A stretch of DNA of 39,443 bases, from UHGV virus genome UHGV-0120658. One strand, given 5' to 3'. The position numbers and the translations under genes were made by a program. This stretch comes from a virus. The first letter of the stretch is position 1. Each line of letters opens with the position of its first letter. Shown piece by piece: positions 7,077 through 16,941 of the stretch. The notes beneath the pieces are model-generated. The model ran no database searches. It saw nothing but the letters and a program-made list of their open reading frames with translations, and was not told where the DNA came from.

Positions 7077-9487
7077 GTCATGACGATATGAGCAACTCTA
7101 GCGGCTTTAACGAGGCTGCCGCAGCATTTTCATGGAACGGCCCGAAAAAGGCCATTAACCCTTATCTGGATCCGGCGGAAGTTGCGCCGGAGTCTGCACT
7201 TTCAAACCTGATCACTCTGTACGCTGCCGATAACGAGCAGGAACAACTGCGCCGCGAGGCACTGAGTGAGCAGGTCTGGGAGCGTTATTTCTTTAATGAA
7301 TCCCGTGATCCTGTCCAGCGCGAAATGGAGCAGGATAAGCTCATTAGCCGGGCAAAGCTGGCGCATGAGCAGCAGCGTTTTAACCCGGACATGGTCATTC
7401 TGGCAGATGTCAGCGCCCAGCCTTCTCATATCAGCAAGCCGCTGATGCAAAGTATCGAATACTTCAGCAGCCTGGGCAGGCCAAAGGCTTATTCCCGCTA
7501 TTTGCGTGAGACGATTAAGCCATGTCTGGAGCGACTGGATTGTGTACGTGACAGTCAGCTATCTGTTTCTTTCCGTTTTATGGCAAGCCATCAAGGGCTG
7601 GAGGGGCTGCTGATCCTGCCTGAAATGAGCCAGGATCAGGTGAAACGCCTGTCCACCCTGGTAGCAGCGCATATGAGCATGTGTCTTGAGGCCGCTTGTG
7701 GTGATTTGTACGCCACCGATGACGTTAAGCCAGAAGAAATCCGCAAGACATGGGAAAAGGTGGCTGCGGAAACCCTGCGTCTGGATGTTATCCCGCCTGC
7801 GTTTGAGAAACTTCGTCGGAAAAGAAACCGCCGCAAACCTGTGCCCTATGAACTCATACCGGGTTCGCTGGCACGTATGCTTTGCGCCGACTGGTGGTAT
7901 CGAAAATTGTGGAAGATGCGTTGCGAATGGCGGGAAGAGCAGTTGCGTGCTGTCTGTCTGGTCAGCAAAAAAGCATCTCCCTATGTCAGCTATGAAGCAG
8001 TGACGCATAAACGTGAGCAGCGCCGCAAGTCGCTGGAGTTTTTCCGTTCTCATGAACTGGTGAACGAAGACGGAGACACGCTGGATATGGAAGATGTGGT
8101 AAACGCCAGCAGCAGCAACCCGGCACATCGCCGCAATGAGATGATGGCCTGCGTTAAAGGTCTGGAGCTTATCGCGGAAATGCGCGGTGACTGCGCCGTT
8201 TTCTACACCATCACCTGTCCGTCACGTTTCCATTCCACGCTCAATAACGGCAGACCAAACCCGACCTGGACAAATGCGACGGTAAGACAAAGCAGTGATT
8301 ATCTGGTCGGCATGTTTGCTGCATTTCGTAAGGCGATGCACAAAGCCGGATTGCGGTGGTATGGCGTGCGGGTGGCTGAGCCGCATCATGACGGTACTGT
8401 GCACTGGCATCTCATGTGCTTCATGCGTAAAAAAGACCGCCGCGCCATCACTGCATTACTGCGTAAGTTTGCCATCCGTGAAGACCGCGAGGAACTGGGC
8501 AATAACACGGGGCCACGCTTTAAGTCTGAGCTGATTAACCCGCGCAAAGGAACGCCGACAAGCTACATCGCGAAATACATCAGTAAGAACATTGACGGGC
8601 GTGGTCTGGCTGGCGAGATCAGCAAGGAAACGGGTAAATCCCTGCGTGATAACGCTGAATACGTTAATGCCTGGGCGTCTCTGCATCGTGTTCAGCAATT
8701 CCGCTTCTTTGGCATTCCGGGGCGTCAGGCTTACCGTGAACTGCGATTGCTGGCTGGTCAGGCGGCAAGGCAGCAGGGTGACAAAAAAGCAGGTGCGCCG
8801 GTACTGGATGATCCGCGTCTTGATGCCATTCTGGCTGCTGCTGATGCTGGCTGTTTTGCCACCTACATTATGAAGCAGGGCGGCGTGTTGGTTCCCCGCA
8901 AATATCACTTGATCAGAACCGCTTATGAAATCAACGAAGAGCCGACCGCCTATGGTGATCACGGTATTCGTATTTATGGCATCTGGTCACCCATTGCAGA
9001 GGGCAAGATCTGCACTCATGCAGTGAAGTGGAAAATGGTTCGTAAGGCCGTTGACGTTCAGGAGGCGGCAGCCGACCAGGGCGCTTGCGCCCCTTGGACT
9101 CGTGGCAATAACTGTCCCCTTGCTGAAAATTTGAACCAACAGGAGAAAGATAAATCAGCTGATGGGGACCCCAGAACGGACATTACCAGCATGGATGACA
9201 AGGGGTTGCACGATTACCTGCACAGTATGAGCAAAAAAGAGCGCCGGGAACTGGCAGCAAGGTTATGCCTGGTGAAACCGAAACGGCGTAAAGACTACAA
9301 ACAGCGAATTACAGACCATCAGCGACTGCAGCTCGTGTATGAGCTGAAGTCCAGAGGATTTGATGGCAGCGAGAAAGAGGTCGATTTACTCCTTCGCGGA
9401 GGCAGTATTCCGTCAGGAGCAGGCCTGCGTATCTTCTATCGGAACCAGCGTTTGCAGGAAGATGATCAGTGGCGGAACCTGTATTAA
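7073..9487 (+). CDS. A: Replication initiation protein A (rolling-circle endonuclease, P2 gpA-like)
   Basis: 804 aa with HxH motif VHWHLMCF and the tyrosine pair SYIAKYISK typical of P2 A-type initiators. Confidence 0.85.
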   Translation: MSHDDMSNSSGFNEAAAAFSWNGPKKAINPYLDPAEVAPESALSNLITLYAADNEQEQLRREALSEQVWERYFFNESRDPVQREMEQDKLISRAKLAHEQQRFNPDMVILADVSAQPSHISKPLMQSIEYFSSLGRPKAYSRYLRETIKPCLERLDCVRDSQLSVSFRFMASHQGLEGLLILPEMSQDQVKRLSTLVAAHMSMCLEAACGDLYATDDVKPEEIRKTWEKVAAETLRLDVIPPAFEKLRRKRNRRKPVPYELIPGSLARMLCADWWYRKLWKMRCEWREEQLRAVCLVSKKASPYVSYEAVTHKREQRRKSLEFFRSHELVNEDGDTLDMEDVVNASSSNPAHRRNEMMACVKGLELIAEMRGDCAVFYTITCPSRFHSTLNNGRPNPTWTNATVRQSSDYLVGMFAAFRKAMHKAGLRWYGVRVAEPHHDGTVHWHLMCFMRKKDRRAITALLRKFAIREDREELGNNTGPRFKSELINPRKGTPTSYIAKYISKNIDGRGLAGEISKETGKSLRDNAEYVNAWASLHRVQQFRFFGIPGRQAYRELRLLAGQAARQQGDKKAGAPVLDDPRLDAILAAADAGCFATYIMKQGGVLVPRKYHLIRTAYEINEEPTAYGDHGIRIYGIWSPIAEGKICTHAVKWKMVRKAVDVQEAAADQGACAPWTRGNNCPLAENLNQQEKDKSADGDPRTDITSMDDKGLHDYLHSMSKKERRELAARLCLVKPKRRKDYKQRITDHQRLQLVYELKSRGFDGSEKEVDLLLRGGSIPSGAGLRIFYRNQRLQEDDQWRNLY

Positions 9488-9556
9488 TTACGCGGGTTAA
9501 CAATTCGTGCTCTTAATAATACCAGGCATATCAGGCTGATGAATGTAAAAAAACGT

Positions 9557-9597
9557 TTTACATCAGTAAGATTATTATATACTGTAAATATAAACAG
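9557..9597 (+). promoter_or_regulatory. Candidate SOS promoter with a LexA box overlapping the -10
   Basis: TTTACA (9557-9562), 17-nt spacer, TACTGT (9580-9585); CTGTaaatataaACAG at 9582-9597 matches the LexA consensus CTGT-N8-ACAG. Confidence 0.5.
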
Positions 9598-9640
9598 TGG
9601 TTATACATACAGTATTGCGTGTGGTGTCATAGGAGGAAAG

Positions 9641-9829
9641 ATGCAGGACTATTTTTTGGAGTCTTTGAAGCTCCAGCGCATTGATTTTTTTCTTAAGCTT
9701 GTAGCGGCTAGTGAGTGTAGTGATGAAGAGAAGGGGCTGGCTCTGCAGTGGGTTTCTGAATTGACTGATGAACTCATGGCAAAAATCAGAACCCACGAAT
9801 ACAACCGCTCAATGGATGTCATCAGCTGA
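9641..9829 (+). CDS. Small 62-aa protein in the LexA-controlled module (candidate antirepressor partner)
   Basis: ATG at 9641 with AGGAGG RBS, immediately downstream of the LexA box. Function inferred from position. Confidence 0.45.
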   Translation: MQDYFLESLKLQRIDFFLKLVAASECSDEEKGLALQWVSELTDELMAKIRTHEYNRSMDVIS

Positions 9830-9839
9830 GGTGACTTTT

Positions 9840-10073
9840 ATGCGCATTGAAATAATGATCGATAAAGAGCAGAAGATTAGCCAGTCTACCCTGGACGCCC
9901 TTGAATCCGAGCTTTACCGCAATCTGCGCCCCCTGTATCCCAAAACGGTAATTCGCATTCGCAAAGGTAGCTCTAACGGTGTGGAACTAACCGGACTGCA
10001 ACTGGACGAAGAAAGAAAACAAGTGATGAAAATTATGCAGAAGGTGTGGGAAGACGACAGCTGGCTGCATTAA
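9840..10073 (+). CDS. DinI-family protein (Tum/DinI-like SOS module)
   Basis: 77 aa MRIEIMIDKEQKISQSTLDALESELYRNLRPLYP...KIMQKVWEDDSWLH resembles E. coli DinI (MRIEVTIAK...ETWESADDWF); GAGGTG RBS. Confidence 0.65.
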   Translation: MRIEIMIDKEQKISQSTLDALESELYRNLRPLYPKTVIRIRKGSSNGVELTGLQLDEERKQVMKIMQKVWEDDSWLH

Positions 10074-10208
10074 GAAACGTTGCTGGCGTCTGAACTTGCT
10101 TCTGGCGTCAGCAAGGTTGAACAACGAGCCCTTGCGAGGCGTTAGCTCTGTAGTGCATGTCTATGCCGCATGAGATCGCATGATCGTTTGAGGATCGTTT
10201 TTGCTAAG

Positions 10209-10232
10209 GCCCGCCAGAACTGGCGGGCTTTT
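10209..10232 (+). terminator. Rho-independent terminator after the SOS module
   Basis: gcccgcca (10209-10216), loop gaac, tggcgggc (10221-10228), then tttt. Confidence 0.6.
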
Positions 10233-10383
10233 GCGTAGCTCATGCAGGTGCATGAAAACCACTACATAAAGCGGGCAGGCGTGGCGGGGATACGAGCGCG
10301 CGCTTAGCCATGAATCTGTGGACTTGATGGTGAAGCTAAGGTAATTTGTATCAAAAAAAAGCAGTACAATAGGGATATATAGA

Positions 10384-11463
10384 GTGGCGTTATCAGATGC
10401 GTTAATTACAGTAAATCAAGCCGAACGGGGCGGTGAAAACGCGTTGAGAGGCTTTTCATATCAAGCCTCTTGGGGGATAAATTATTTACTTGAGAAACAA
10501 AAAGAAAAGGAGAAATATTTATTTCTATTTGAATATCATGACGATATTCTTGTATTGAATTCATCTGTTTCTCCGACTAGTGCTGAGTTTATCCAAGTTA
10601 AAACAAAAAAAGATGGTAAATGGACACTCGCAGCAATAGTGAACGCAACAAAAGCTAAACCTAAATCATTTGTTGCAAAACTATATGACCATTTCTATCA
10701 ATTCGTTGGTCACGAAATTTATATGGTTCTGTTATCGAATGCTGGATTCGATTTCTTAAATGATAATAACGAAAAAGGTAGTGATCTTAATAATGAGCAT
10801 AAGGAAATTATAATTAGTAAGGTTCAAGAGCAGCTAAATACTAAAAAAGAAGTTCCTCTTGATAAAATAAAATTTAAAACATCTGATCTTAGTTTGTTAG
10901 ATCCTAACTCACATTTATACGGGAAAGTTGCAGTTTTTTTGAATTCTTACTTTGGGGATGATCATGGTATTAATTCAACAGCATTCACTAAATTATTAAT
11001 CAATAAGTGTAATGAGAAGGTTAGTGTTGCTTCTAGTGATATCAAAACTTTTGAAGATTTAGTACTAAAGAAAGGTATATCTTCAGAATTTGTAACTGAT
11101 TTATTATCTGGACTCATTGCAAGCATAAAAATAACGCCAAAATGGGAACAGGTTTGTATGTTGCTTGGTACTTTCTCAGATCCTTATGAGGGGATTAAAT
11201 TACAATCAGTTTTTACACGCATATCAATAAAAGTGCTCAATGTCAATTCAATATACTATCTTTATTTTCTGGAATTTCAATCGGCTCTAAAGAGTATAGA
11301 GCATTATCGTGAGATACCTGTTCGAGACCTCTTCTTTACACTCGAAAAAACAATTGCAGCGGGGGACGGGGATTTCTCTTTATTAAATCAAGAAGAGAAA
11401 TTTATGATTGCTATATATGCAATTATAAAGTTGACTTTTGAGGATGTTTCTTATGAAGAATAA
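10384..11463 (+). CDS. Candidate defence effector: PD-(D/E)xK nuclease of the Cap4/DUF4297 type (LmuA-like)
   Basis: AT-rich gene; N-terminal GFSYQ, then FEYHDDILVL...AEFIQVKTKK, i.e. a D...QxK restriction-endonuclease-like catalytic core (about 10540-10602). GTG start with AGGGA RBS; 11-nt overlap with the downstream ATPase gene. Confidence 0.55.
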   Translation: MALSDALITVNQAERGGENALRGFSYQASWGINYLLEKQKEKEKYLFLFEYHDDILVLNSSVSPTSAEFIQVKTKKDGKWTLAAIVNATKAKPKSFVAKLYDHFYQFVGHEIYMVLLSNAGFDFLNDNNEKGSDLNNEHKEIIISKVQEQLNTKKEVPLDKIKFKTSDLSLLDPNSHLYGKVAVFLNSYFGDDHGINSTAFTKLLINKCNEKVSVASSDIKTFEDLVLKKGISSEFVTDLLSGLIASIKITPKWEQVCMLLGTFSDPYEGIKLQSVFTRISIKVLNVNSIYYLYFLEFQSALKSIEHYREIPVRDLFFTLEKTIAAGDGDFSLLNQEEKFMIAIYAIIKLTFEDVSYEE

Positions 11464-13111
11464 CGTTAAATTTAAAAATATAAAAATACTCTCATTAAGA
11501 GACAGAAAAGCTTTTTCTTATGAGTTTTCAGAAGGGGTTAACTTCATATATGGTACAAATGATGTTGGTAAATCAAGCCTGATTAAAAGTCTTTATTACA
11601 CATTAGGTGGAGATTTAAGGCTTGATGATGCTTGGAAATCAGATGATATAGTTACACTGGTGGAAATTAATAACGGGGAAAATGATTTTATTTTTTTGCG
11701 TTATAAAAAGATTATTGGTGTCTTTGATTTGAAGAATGATGATCTAGTCGTGTATAACACGATTTCGTCATTAGCATCTCGTGTTTCAAATATATTTGGT
11801 TTTAAACTGGAATTACATAATAAATATACGGGTGCTACGACTCAGGCAAACCCTGCTTGTTTGTTTGCCCCATTCTTTATTGATCAGGATGAAGGATGGA
11901 AAGCGGTGATAAATTCTTTCGAAAACATGAGTATGTACTCAGAATGGCAAAAAAACATTCTTTACTATCACTCTGGAATTAAGCCAAAGGAATATTATAC
12001 AGTTCAAGGGAAAATCAAAGAAATTAAAGTTAAAATTTCAGAGTTAGATGGTTTTGTTAAGGTTCTAAAAAGAAGCAAAAGTAAGATTGATGAATCTTTT
12101 GGCGTGGTTTTATTTGATGTTGATTTGGATTTTTATAAATCAAAGTTGGAACGTATATTAAATGAATATTCTAATTTAAATTTAGTTCAGACAGAATATA
12201 GATTGAATCTTTTGAGGTTATATTCTAGGAAGAATTTCCTTGAGAGTGAACTCAAAGAGATAACTGCGATTATTGATAATGAATTTGAGATTTCGAATTT
12301 TCGAGATGATAATGTTGCTTATTCAGTAAATGAATATAATTATATAAACCATAGAGATGAAATGCTCAAAAACATTGCTGTTCTTGCAGATGAGAAAAGC
12401 AAGATTGAGGAAAATATTCCTAAATTGAATCAAAAGCTAGAAGAGTCAAGGGCTGCTTCAGAGGCGTTGCAGGCGCTGATTTTAGAAACTCAATCGGAAA
12501 TAACGCTTCATGATGTTATTAAATCTGCCGCATACCATGAAATTGAATCTACTTTTATTTCACAGTTAGATGAGTTATTCGTTGAGATTGGTCGAAAAGA
12601 AGGCGAGTTGACAGAATTACAAGAAGAATTAGAAGTATACAATGATAAGAAAAGAACTGTTAAAATAAATGACTGTTTCAAAGAGTATTTCGCTAAAGCT
12701 CTTAAAGAGCTTGGTGTCGAAAATACAAAGGTAGGTGGCCTTAGTAGTTATAATAATATTACTAAGGGTAAGACTGGTAGTCGAGGTCCTCGAGGTATAT
12801 TTGCATTTCACTACGCGCTGCTTAGTGTTATGAAAAGCAACTCTTCAGTTGAGAATATGCCTATAGTAATAGACTCTCCAAAGCAACAAGATTTGGATCC
12901 AGAGCATACGCATAAGCTTATAAAACTATGCTTGGATGGGTTTTCCCTTACAAATCAGATTATTATTGGAACTGTTGGTTATGAGAGTTTCATGGATGGT
13001 TTTAATAGCATCAAACTTGAAAATAAATATCATCTTTTAAATGATGAACATTATGATAATGTTTATTCTCAATTAATGCCATTGTTTGAACGGGTGATAC
13101 TTTCAAGATGA
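11453..13111 (+). CDS. Candidate defence ATPase: SMC/Rad50-like coiled-coil ABC ATPase (LmuB-like)
   Basis: Walker A GTNDVGKSS near the N-terminus (about 11552-11578), long central heptad-rich region, C-terminal Walker B-like PIVIDSP. ATG at 11453 overlaps the upstream stop (11461-11463). Confidence 0.55.
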   Translation: MKNNVKFKNIKILSLRDRKAFSYEFSEGVNFIYGTNDVGKSSLIKSLYYTLGGDLRLDDAWKSDDIVTLVEINNGENDFIFLRYKKIIGVFDLKNDDLVVYNTISSLASRVSNIFGFKLELHNKYTGATTQANPACLFAPFFIDQDEGWKAVINSFENMSMYSEWQKNILYYHSGIKPKEYYTVQGKIKEIKVKISELDGFVKVLKRSKSKIDESFGVVLFDVDLDFYKSKLERILNEYSNLNLVQTEYRLNLLRLYSRKNFLESELKEITAIIDNEFEISNFRDDNVAYSVNEYNYINHRDEMLKNIAVLADEKSKIEENIPKLNQKLEESRAASEALQALILETQSEITLHDVIKSAAYHEIESTFISQLDELFVEIGRKEGELTELQEELEVYNDKKRTVKINDCFKEYFAKALKELGVENTKVGGLSSYNNITKGKTGSRGPRGIFAFHYALLSVMKSNSSVENMPIVIDSPKQQDLDPEHTHKLIKLCLDGFSLTNQIIIGTVGYESFMDGFNSIKLENKYHLLNDEHYDNVYSQLMPLFERVILSR

Positions 13112-13117
13112 AAATAT

Positions 13118-13135
13118 GGCCTCAGAAATGAGGCC
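13118..13135. terminator. Hairpin between the convergent ATPase gene and portal gene
   Basis: ggcctca / gaaa / tgaggcc; the minus-strand side is followed by a T-rich tract. Confidence 0.4.
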
Positions 13136-13151
13136 GACTAAATTATCTTAA

Positions 13152-14186
13152 TTAAATTTTTAGTTCGTAGGTTGAAAAATTTATAATTCTATCGTTTAAC
13201 CAATTATTTATTTCTAGAAACATTTTTTGTAGAGGCAGTAGCTCATTTCGTACAAATACTGTGCTTGCCTTTTCGATATCCCCAAACCCCCCGACATTAT
13301 TAGGCATTATCCCCATCATTTGTGGCGGCACACGATGCGCCGCCATCATGTCGTCCCGGCTCACGTTCTTGATATTCAGGAACTCATCCTTCGCCGCCAC
13401 TTCTGACAACGGGATAATCTGAAGCCCGTCCTTTTTACCGTTAGGCGAGTACATAAACAGGTTACGGAAGTTACCAGGACCTTTGGCGCTTTTCATCGCA
13501 TTGCGGAGGTTGTTCACATCCTCCTGGTTCTGCGCAGCATCGGTCATGTACATGATGAAGCCTGCATGACTGCCGTTAATGTAATACTTGCGGCGGAACA
13601 GCGTGGCGGACTCGTTGAGCAGAGCTGACGGAATGGCAGAAAGATAACCGGGCAGGCCGTAGATCTCCTGGTTAATGTCCGGTTCCATCAGATGAAAAAT
13701 GCTGCCTTTCGTGAACTGATACGGCTGGGTTGTCATACCGTATTGCACAAACCAGTAGGTATCCAGGTCTAACCCGCGTCGGGTGTATTTTGCCAGCGCA
13801 GGCTCAAGGGCGATAACTTCACCGAATCGGTTCGTGCGTTTCTCCAGGTAGGCGTTACCAAATACCAGATAGTCCAGCACAAAACGCGAAAAAGCCTGCT
13901 GGCTGAGAAGCGGGTGAGGGATGTAGGTGCTGGTCAGAATGTTGCATTTCACTGCAATTGGTGAACTGTGATGCACGGCAGCGCGGAAGGTGCGCGCCAG
14001 TCCGTCAAAGCTGACGGGAGGCTCATACCAGCGATCTGTCTGTACGCATTCCACATAGTCCAGCAGTTCGCGGCGGTCAAGTACTGGAATGGGATCACCG
14101 AAGCTGAATGCTTCGGCTGAAGCTTGGCTTTTATGCTGGATCTGGTTCGTCGCCGCAGCGCGTTTTTTTTTACTCTTTCCCATCAA
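13152..14186 (-). CDS. Q: Portal protein (P2 gpQ-like)
   Basis: 344 aa, same length as P2 Q; sits next to the terminase gene in the conserved Q-P leftward operon. Confidence 0.85.
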   Translation of the reverse strand: MMGKSKKKRAAATNQIQHKSQASAEAFSFGDPIPVLDRRELLDYVECVQTDRWYEPPVSFDGLARTFRAAVHHSSPIAVKCNILTSTYIPHPLLSQQAFSRFVLDYLVFGNAYLEKRTNRFGEVIALEPALAKYTRRGLDLDTYWFVQYGMTTQPYQFTKGSIFHLMEPDINQEIYGLPGYLSAIPSALLNESATLFRRKYYINGSHAGFIMYMTDAAQNQEDVNNLRNAMKSAKGPGNFRNLFMYSPNGKKDGLQIIPLSEVAAKDEFLNIKNVSRDDMMAAHRVPPQMMGIMPNNVGGFGDIEKASTVFVRNELLPLQKMFLEINNWLNDRIINFSTYELKI

Positions 14187-15949
14187 AAAATCTCCACAAT
14201 ATTGCTGGTATTGGCGGACTCGCCCTGCAGCGGTTCGTTAAACAGTGCGTGCATTGTTGCCCAGGCCAGATCGGCATGGCTGGCTTCTTCACTGCGGCTT
14301 GCTTCATAGGTCGGGCGGTTGCCGCTGGCGGTGGTTGCGCGACGGATTGCCATAAATGACTGCGCTATGTCGGTGTGTCCGGCGTCAAACTCCAGACGAC
14401 GGTGACTGATAATGTCGTAGGCCTTGAGTACCAGGGCGTTTTTAACGTTGGGGTTGTAGACAAACTCCCGGACGGCTGGAAAAAACGCTTTCACGTTTTC
14501 ATAAACCCCGTGACCGACACCCGTCGAGTCGATGCCGATATAGGTCACGTTGTACTGTTCGGTCAGTTTTTTGATGGCGTCAGCCTGGGCGCGGAAGTCC
14601 ATCCCGCGCCACTGGTGACGCTCAAGAATGCGGAACTTACCGCCCGGCACGGCTGGCGGTGCCACCACCACGCATCCGGCGCTGTCGCCGTTTTGCGTAC
14701 CTTTTGCCGGGTCATAACCGATCCACACCTCGCGCCAGCCAAACGGGCGCAGGGCCAGTGCATGAAAGTCGGTCCAGACTTCCCAGCTGTCCACCATGCA
14801 CGCCTGCAGCTCGCTGAGCGGGAACACGGACGCGAGATCGTCCACGAACTCGCACATCAGCAGGTTCTGGTATTCGTCCGGGCTGTACTCCATGCGCAAC
14901 TGGTCAAGGTCGAACAGGTTACAGCCGCCGCGCACCGCATCTTCCACGGTGACTATCTGGCGGTATTGCCCGTCTGCGCACAGCAGGCCGGGGGCCAGAT
15001 TGCTATGGGACAGGTCGATGTCCACCTTGTCGGCTTTGTTGCGTCCACGGTTGAACAGCGCACCGGACCAGAACGGATAAGCACTGTGTGTCAGGCTGGA
15101 TGGCGTGGAAAAATAGGTTTGTCGCCATTTTTTGTGAATAGCCATACCGGAAGCCACTTTGCGCAGCTCCTGGAATTTCGGTATCCAGAAATATTCATCC
15201 AGATACAGGTTGCCGTGGTAACTCTGGGCCGTGCGGGCATTGGTGCCGAGGAAGTAAAGAGTGGCCCCGTTGGGAAGCACCATCGGATCGCCTTTCAGCT
15301 CCACCTCCACTTCTTTGGCGAAGTCGATGATGTACTGTTTAAAGACGTGGGCCTGTGCCTTACTGGCAGAAAGGAAAATCTGGTTACGTCCGGTTAGCAG
15401 GGCGTCAATCAGGGCTTCACGGGCAAAATAGAAGGTCGCGCCGATCTGGCGTGACTTCAGCAGGTTGCGGATGCGGTTGGTTTTTCCGGCTTCCCACCAG
15501 TGGCACTGGTAGTTGAACATGGAGGAATGGAAGATTTCTTCCAGCTTCTCAATCTGTTCATCGGTGAAAACATTCTTTTCCGGCTGACGGCGCGGGCCTT
15601 TGTTGCGGTTGGCGACGTTAGGGTTTAAGTCGGCTTCGTTGCCGCCATTGTTAAACTTGCCGATCCGCGCGTGGCGCTCCGACTGGCGCGCCAGCAGGTC
15701 AATTTCTTTAAAGTCTTTCCCTTCTTTGTGCTCCTTCATGATGAGCTGGCAGTAGCGTGCGGCGGTGGTGAGCTGCATCTGATCCAGCGGCCCATAGTCA
15801 CCCCACTTGTCGCGTTTTTTCCAGCTGTGAACGGTTGCAACTTTCTCGCCCAGCATTTCAGCAATGCGGGCTACGCGGTATCCCTGAAAGTACAGCAGCA
15901 TGGCCTGCCGACGGGGATCGAGATCTGCGGATGTCAGTGTGGTGTTCAT
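14183..15949 (-). CDS. P: Terminase large subunit, ATPase (P2 gpP-like)
   Basis: 588 aa; terminase-type deviant Walker A LLKSRQIGATF; ATGA overlap with Q. Confidence 0.85.
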   Translation of the reverse strand: MNTTLTSADLDPRRQAMLLYFQGYRVARIAEMLGEKVATVHSWKKRDKWGDYGPLDQMQLTTAARYCQLIMKEHKEGKDFKEIDLLARQSERHARIGKFNNGGNEADLNPNVANRNKGPRRQPEKNVFTDEQIEKLEEIFHSSMFNYQCHWWEAGKTNRIRNLLKSRQIGATFYFAREALIDALLTGRNQIFLSASKAQAHVFKQYIIDFAKEVEVELKGDPMVLPNGATLYFLGTNARTAQSYHGNLYLDEYFWIPKFQELRKVASGMAIHKKWRQTYFSTPSSLTHSAYPFWSGALFNRGRNKADKVDIDLSHSNLAPGLLCADGQYRQIVTVEDAVRGGCNLFDLDQLRMEYSPDEYQNLLMCEFVDDLASVFPLSELQACMVDSWEVWTDFHALALRPFGWREVWIGYDPAKGTQNGDSAGCVVVAPPAVPGGKFRILERHQWRGMDFRAQADAIKKLTEQYNVTYIGIDSTGVGHGVYENVKAFFPAVREFVYNPNVKNALVLKAYDIISHRRLEFDAGHTDIAQSFMAIRRATTASGNRPTYEASRSEEASHADLAWATMHALFNEPLQGESANTSNIVEIF

Positions 15950-15995
15950 GGCACAAACCTACAGCCTTGAATAAAGGCTTTCCCCGCCTGCGGTT

Positions 15996-16013
15996 TGTGT
16001 GGTTGTCGGTACA
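15996..16013. promoter_or_regulatory. Candidate late-activator (Ogr) site TGT-N12-ACA in the P/O divergent region
   Basis: TGTgtggttgtcggtACA centred about 88 bp upstream of the O start codon, as expected for a site at -55 of a P2-type late promoter. Confidence 0.4.
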
Positions 16014-16091
16014 AATACCGCGCATTGTTTCACTGCCCCCATCACCGCAACCATAAGGCTCCAGTAAGTTTTTTCTAACGGAGCACGGCTC

Positions 16092-16925
16092 ATGACAGTG
16101 AAAGCAAAGCGTTTTCGCATCGGGGTGGAAGGTGCCACCACCGACGGACGCGAAATCCAGCGTGAATGGCTGGAACAGATGGCAGCCAGCTACAACCCGG
16201 CGGTGTACACCGCGCTGATTAACCTTGAGCACATCAAGTCTTATCTGCCGGACAGCACCTTTAACCGCTACGGCAAGGTGACGGCGCTGTTTGCTGAAGA
16301 AATCACGGAAGGTCCGCTGGCAGGCAAGATGGCATTGTATGCCGACGTTGAGCCAACGGAGTCCCTGGTGGAACTGGTGAAAAAAGGCCAGAAATTATTC
16401 ACCTCTATGGAAGTCAGCCCGAAGTTCGCTGATACGGGCAAAGCCTACCTGGTTGGCCTGGCCGCCACTGATGATCCCGCCAGTCTGGGTACGGAAATGC
16501 TGACATTCAGCGCCAGTGCAGCCCATAACCCGCTGGCAAACCGCAAGCAGAATCCCGCCAATCTTTTTACCGCTGCAGAGGAAACGGTGATCGAACTGGA
16601 AGAAATCCAGGAGGACAAGCCGTCCCTGTTTGCCCGTGTCACGGCGCTGTTTACCAAAAAAGAGCAGTCCGATGACGCCCGGTTCTCTGATGTGCATAAG
16701 GCCGTGGAGCTGGTCGCCACTGAGCAGCAGAACCTGAGCGCACGCACCGAAAAATCCCTGTCTGAGCAGGAAGAACGCCTGTCTGAGCTGGAGACTGCTC
16801 TGCAGGAGCAGCAAACCGCCTTAAACGAACTGGTGAATAAGCTGAGTCATGAAGACAGCCGCCAGGACTACCGCCAGCGTGCAACAGGCGGTAACGCCCC
16901 CGCTGACACTCTGACCAATTGCTGA
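16092..16925 (+). CDS. O: Capsid scaffolding protein (P2 gpO-like)
   Basis: 277 aa, first gene of the rightward head operon, with a coiled-coil-rich C-terminus. Confidence 0.8.
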   Translation: MTVKAKRFRIGVEGATTDGREIQREWLEQMAASYNPAVYTALINLEHIKSYLPDSTFNRYGKVTALFAEEITEGPLAGKMALYADVEPTESLVELVKKGQKLFTSMEVSPKFADTGKAYLVGLAATDDPASLGTEMLTFSASAAHNPLANRKQNPANLFTAAEETVIELEEIQEDKPSLFARVTALFTKKEQSDDARFSDVHKAVELVATEQQNLSARTEKSLSEQEERLSELETALQEQQTALNELVNKLSHEDSRQDYRQRATGGNAPADTLTNC

Positions 16926-16941
16926 TGGAGCACAAAACCTG

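Noticed and set aside
7559-8128. 189-aa minus-strand ORF (and others at 7202-7450, 7636-7836, 8456-8962) inside gene A
   Set aside because: Antisense shadow ORFs inside a GC-rich, well-supported coding region; no RBS context and low-complexity translations.
10074-10110. Imperfect inverted repeat ttgctggcgtc...ggcgtcagcaa just after the DinI-like gene
   Set aside because: Stem is interrupted and has no T-run; the cleaner terminator at 10209-10232 is the better call.
14375-15397. 340-aa plus-strand ORF opposite the terminase large subunit gene
   Set aside because: Fully embedded antisense to P; typical of high-GC coding DNA.
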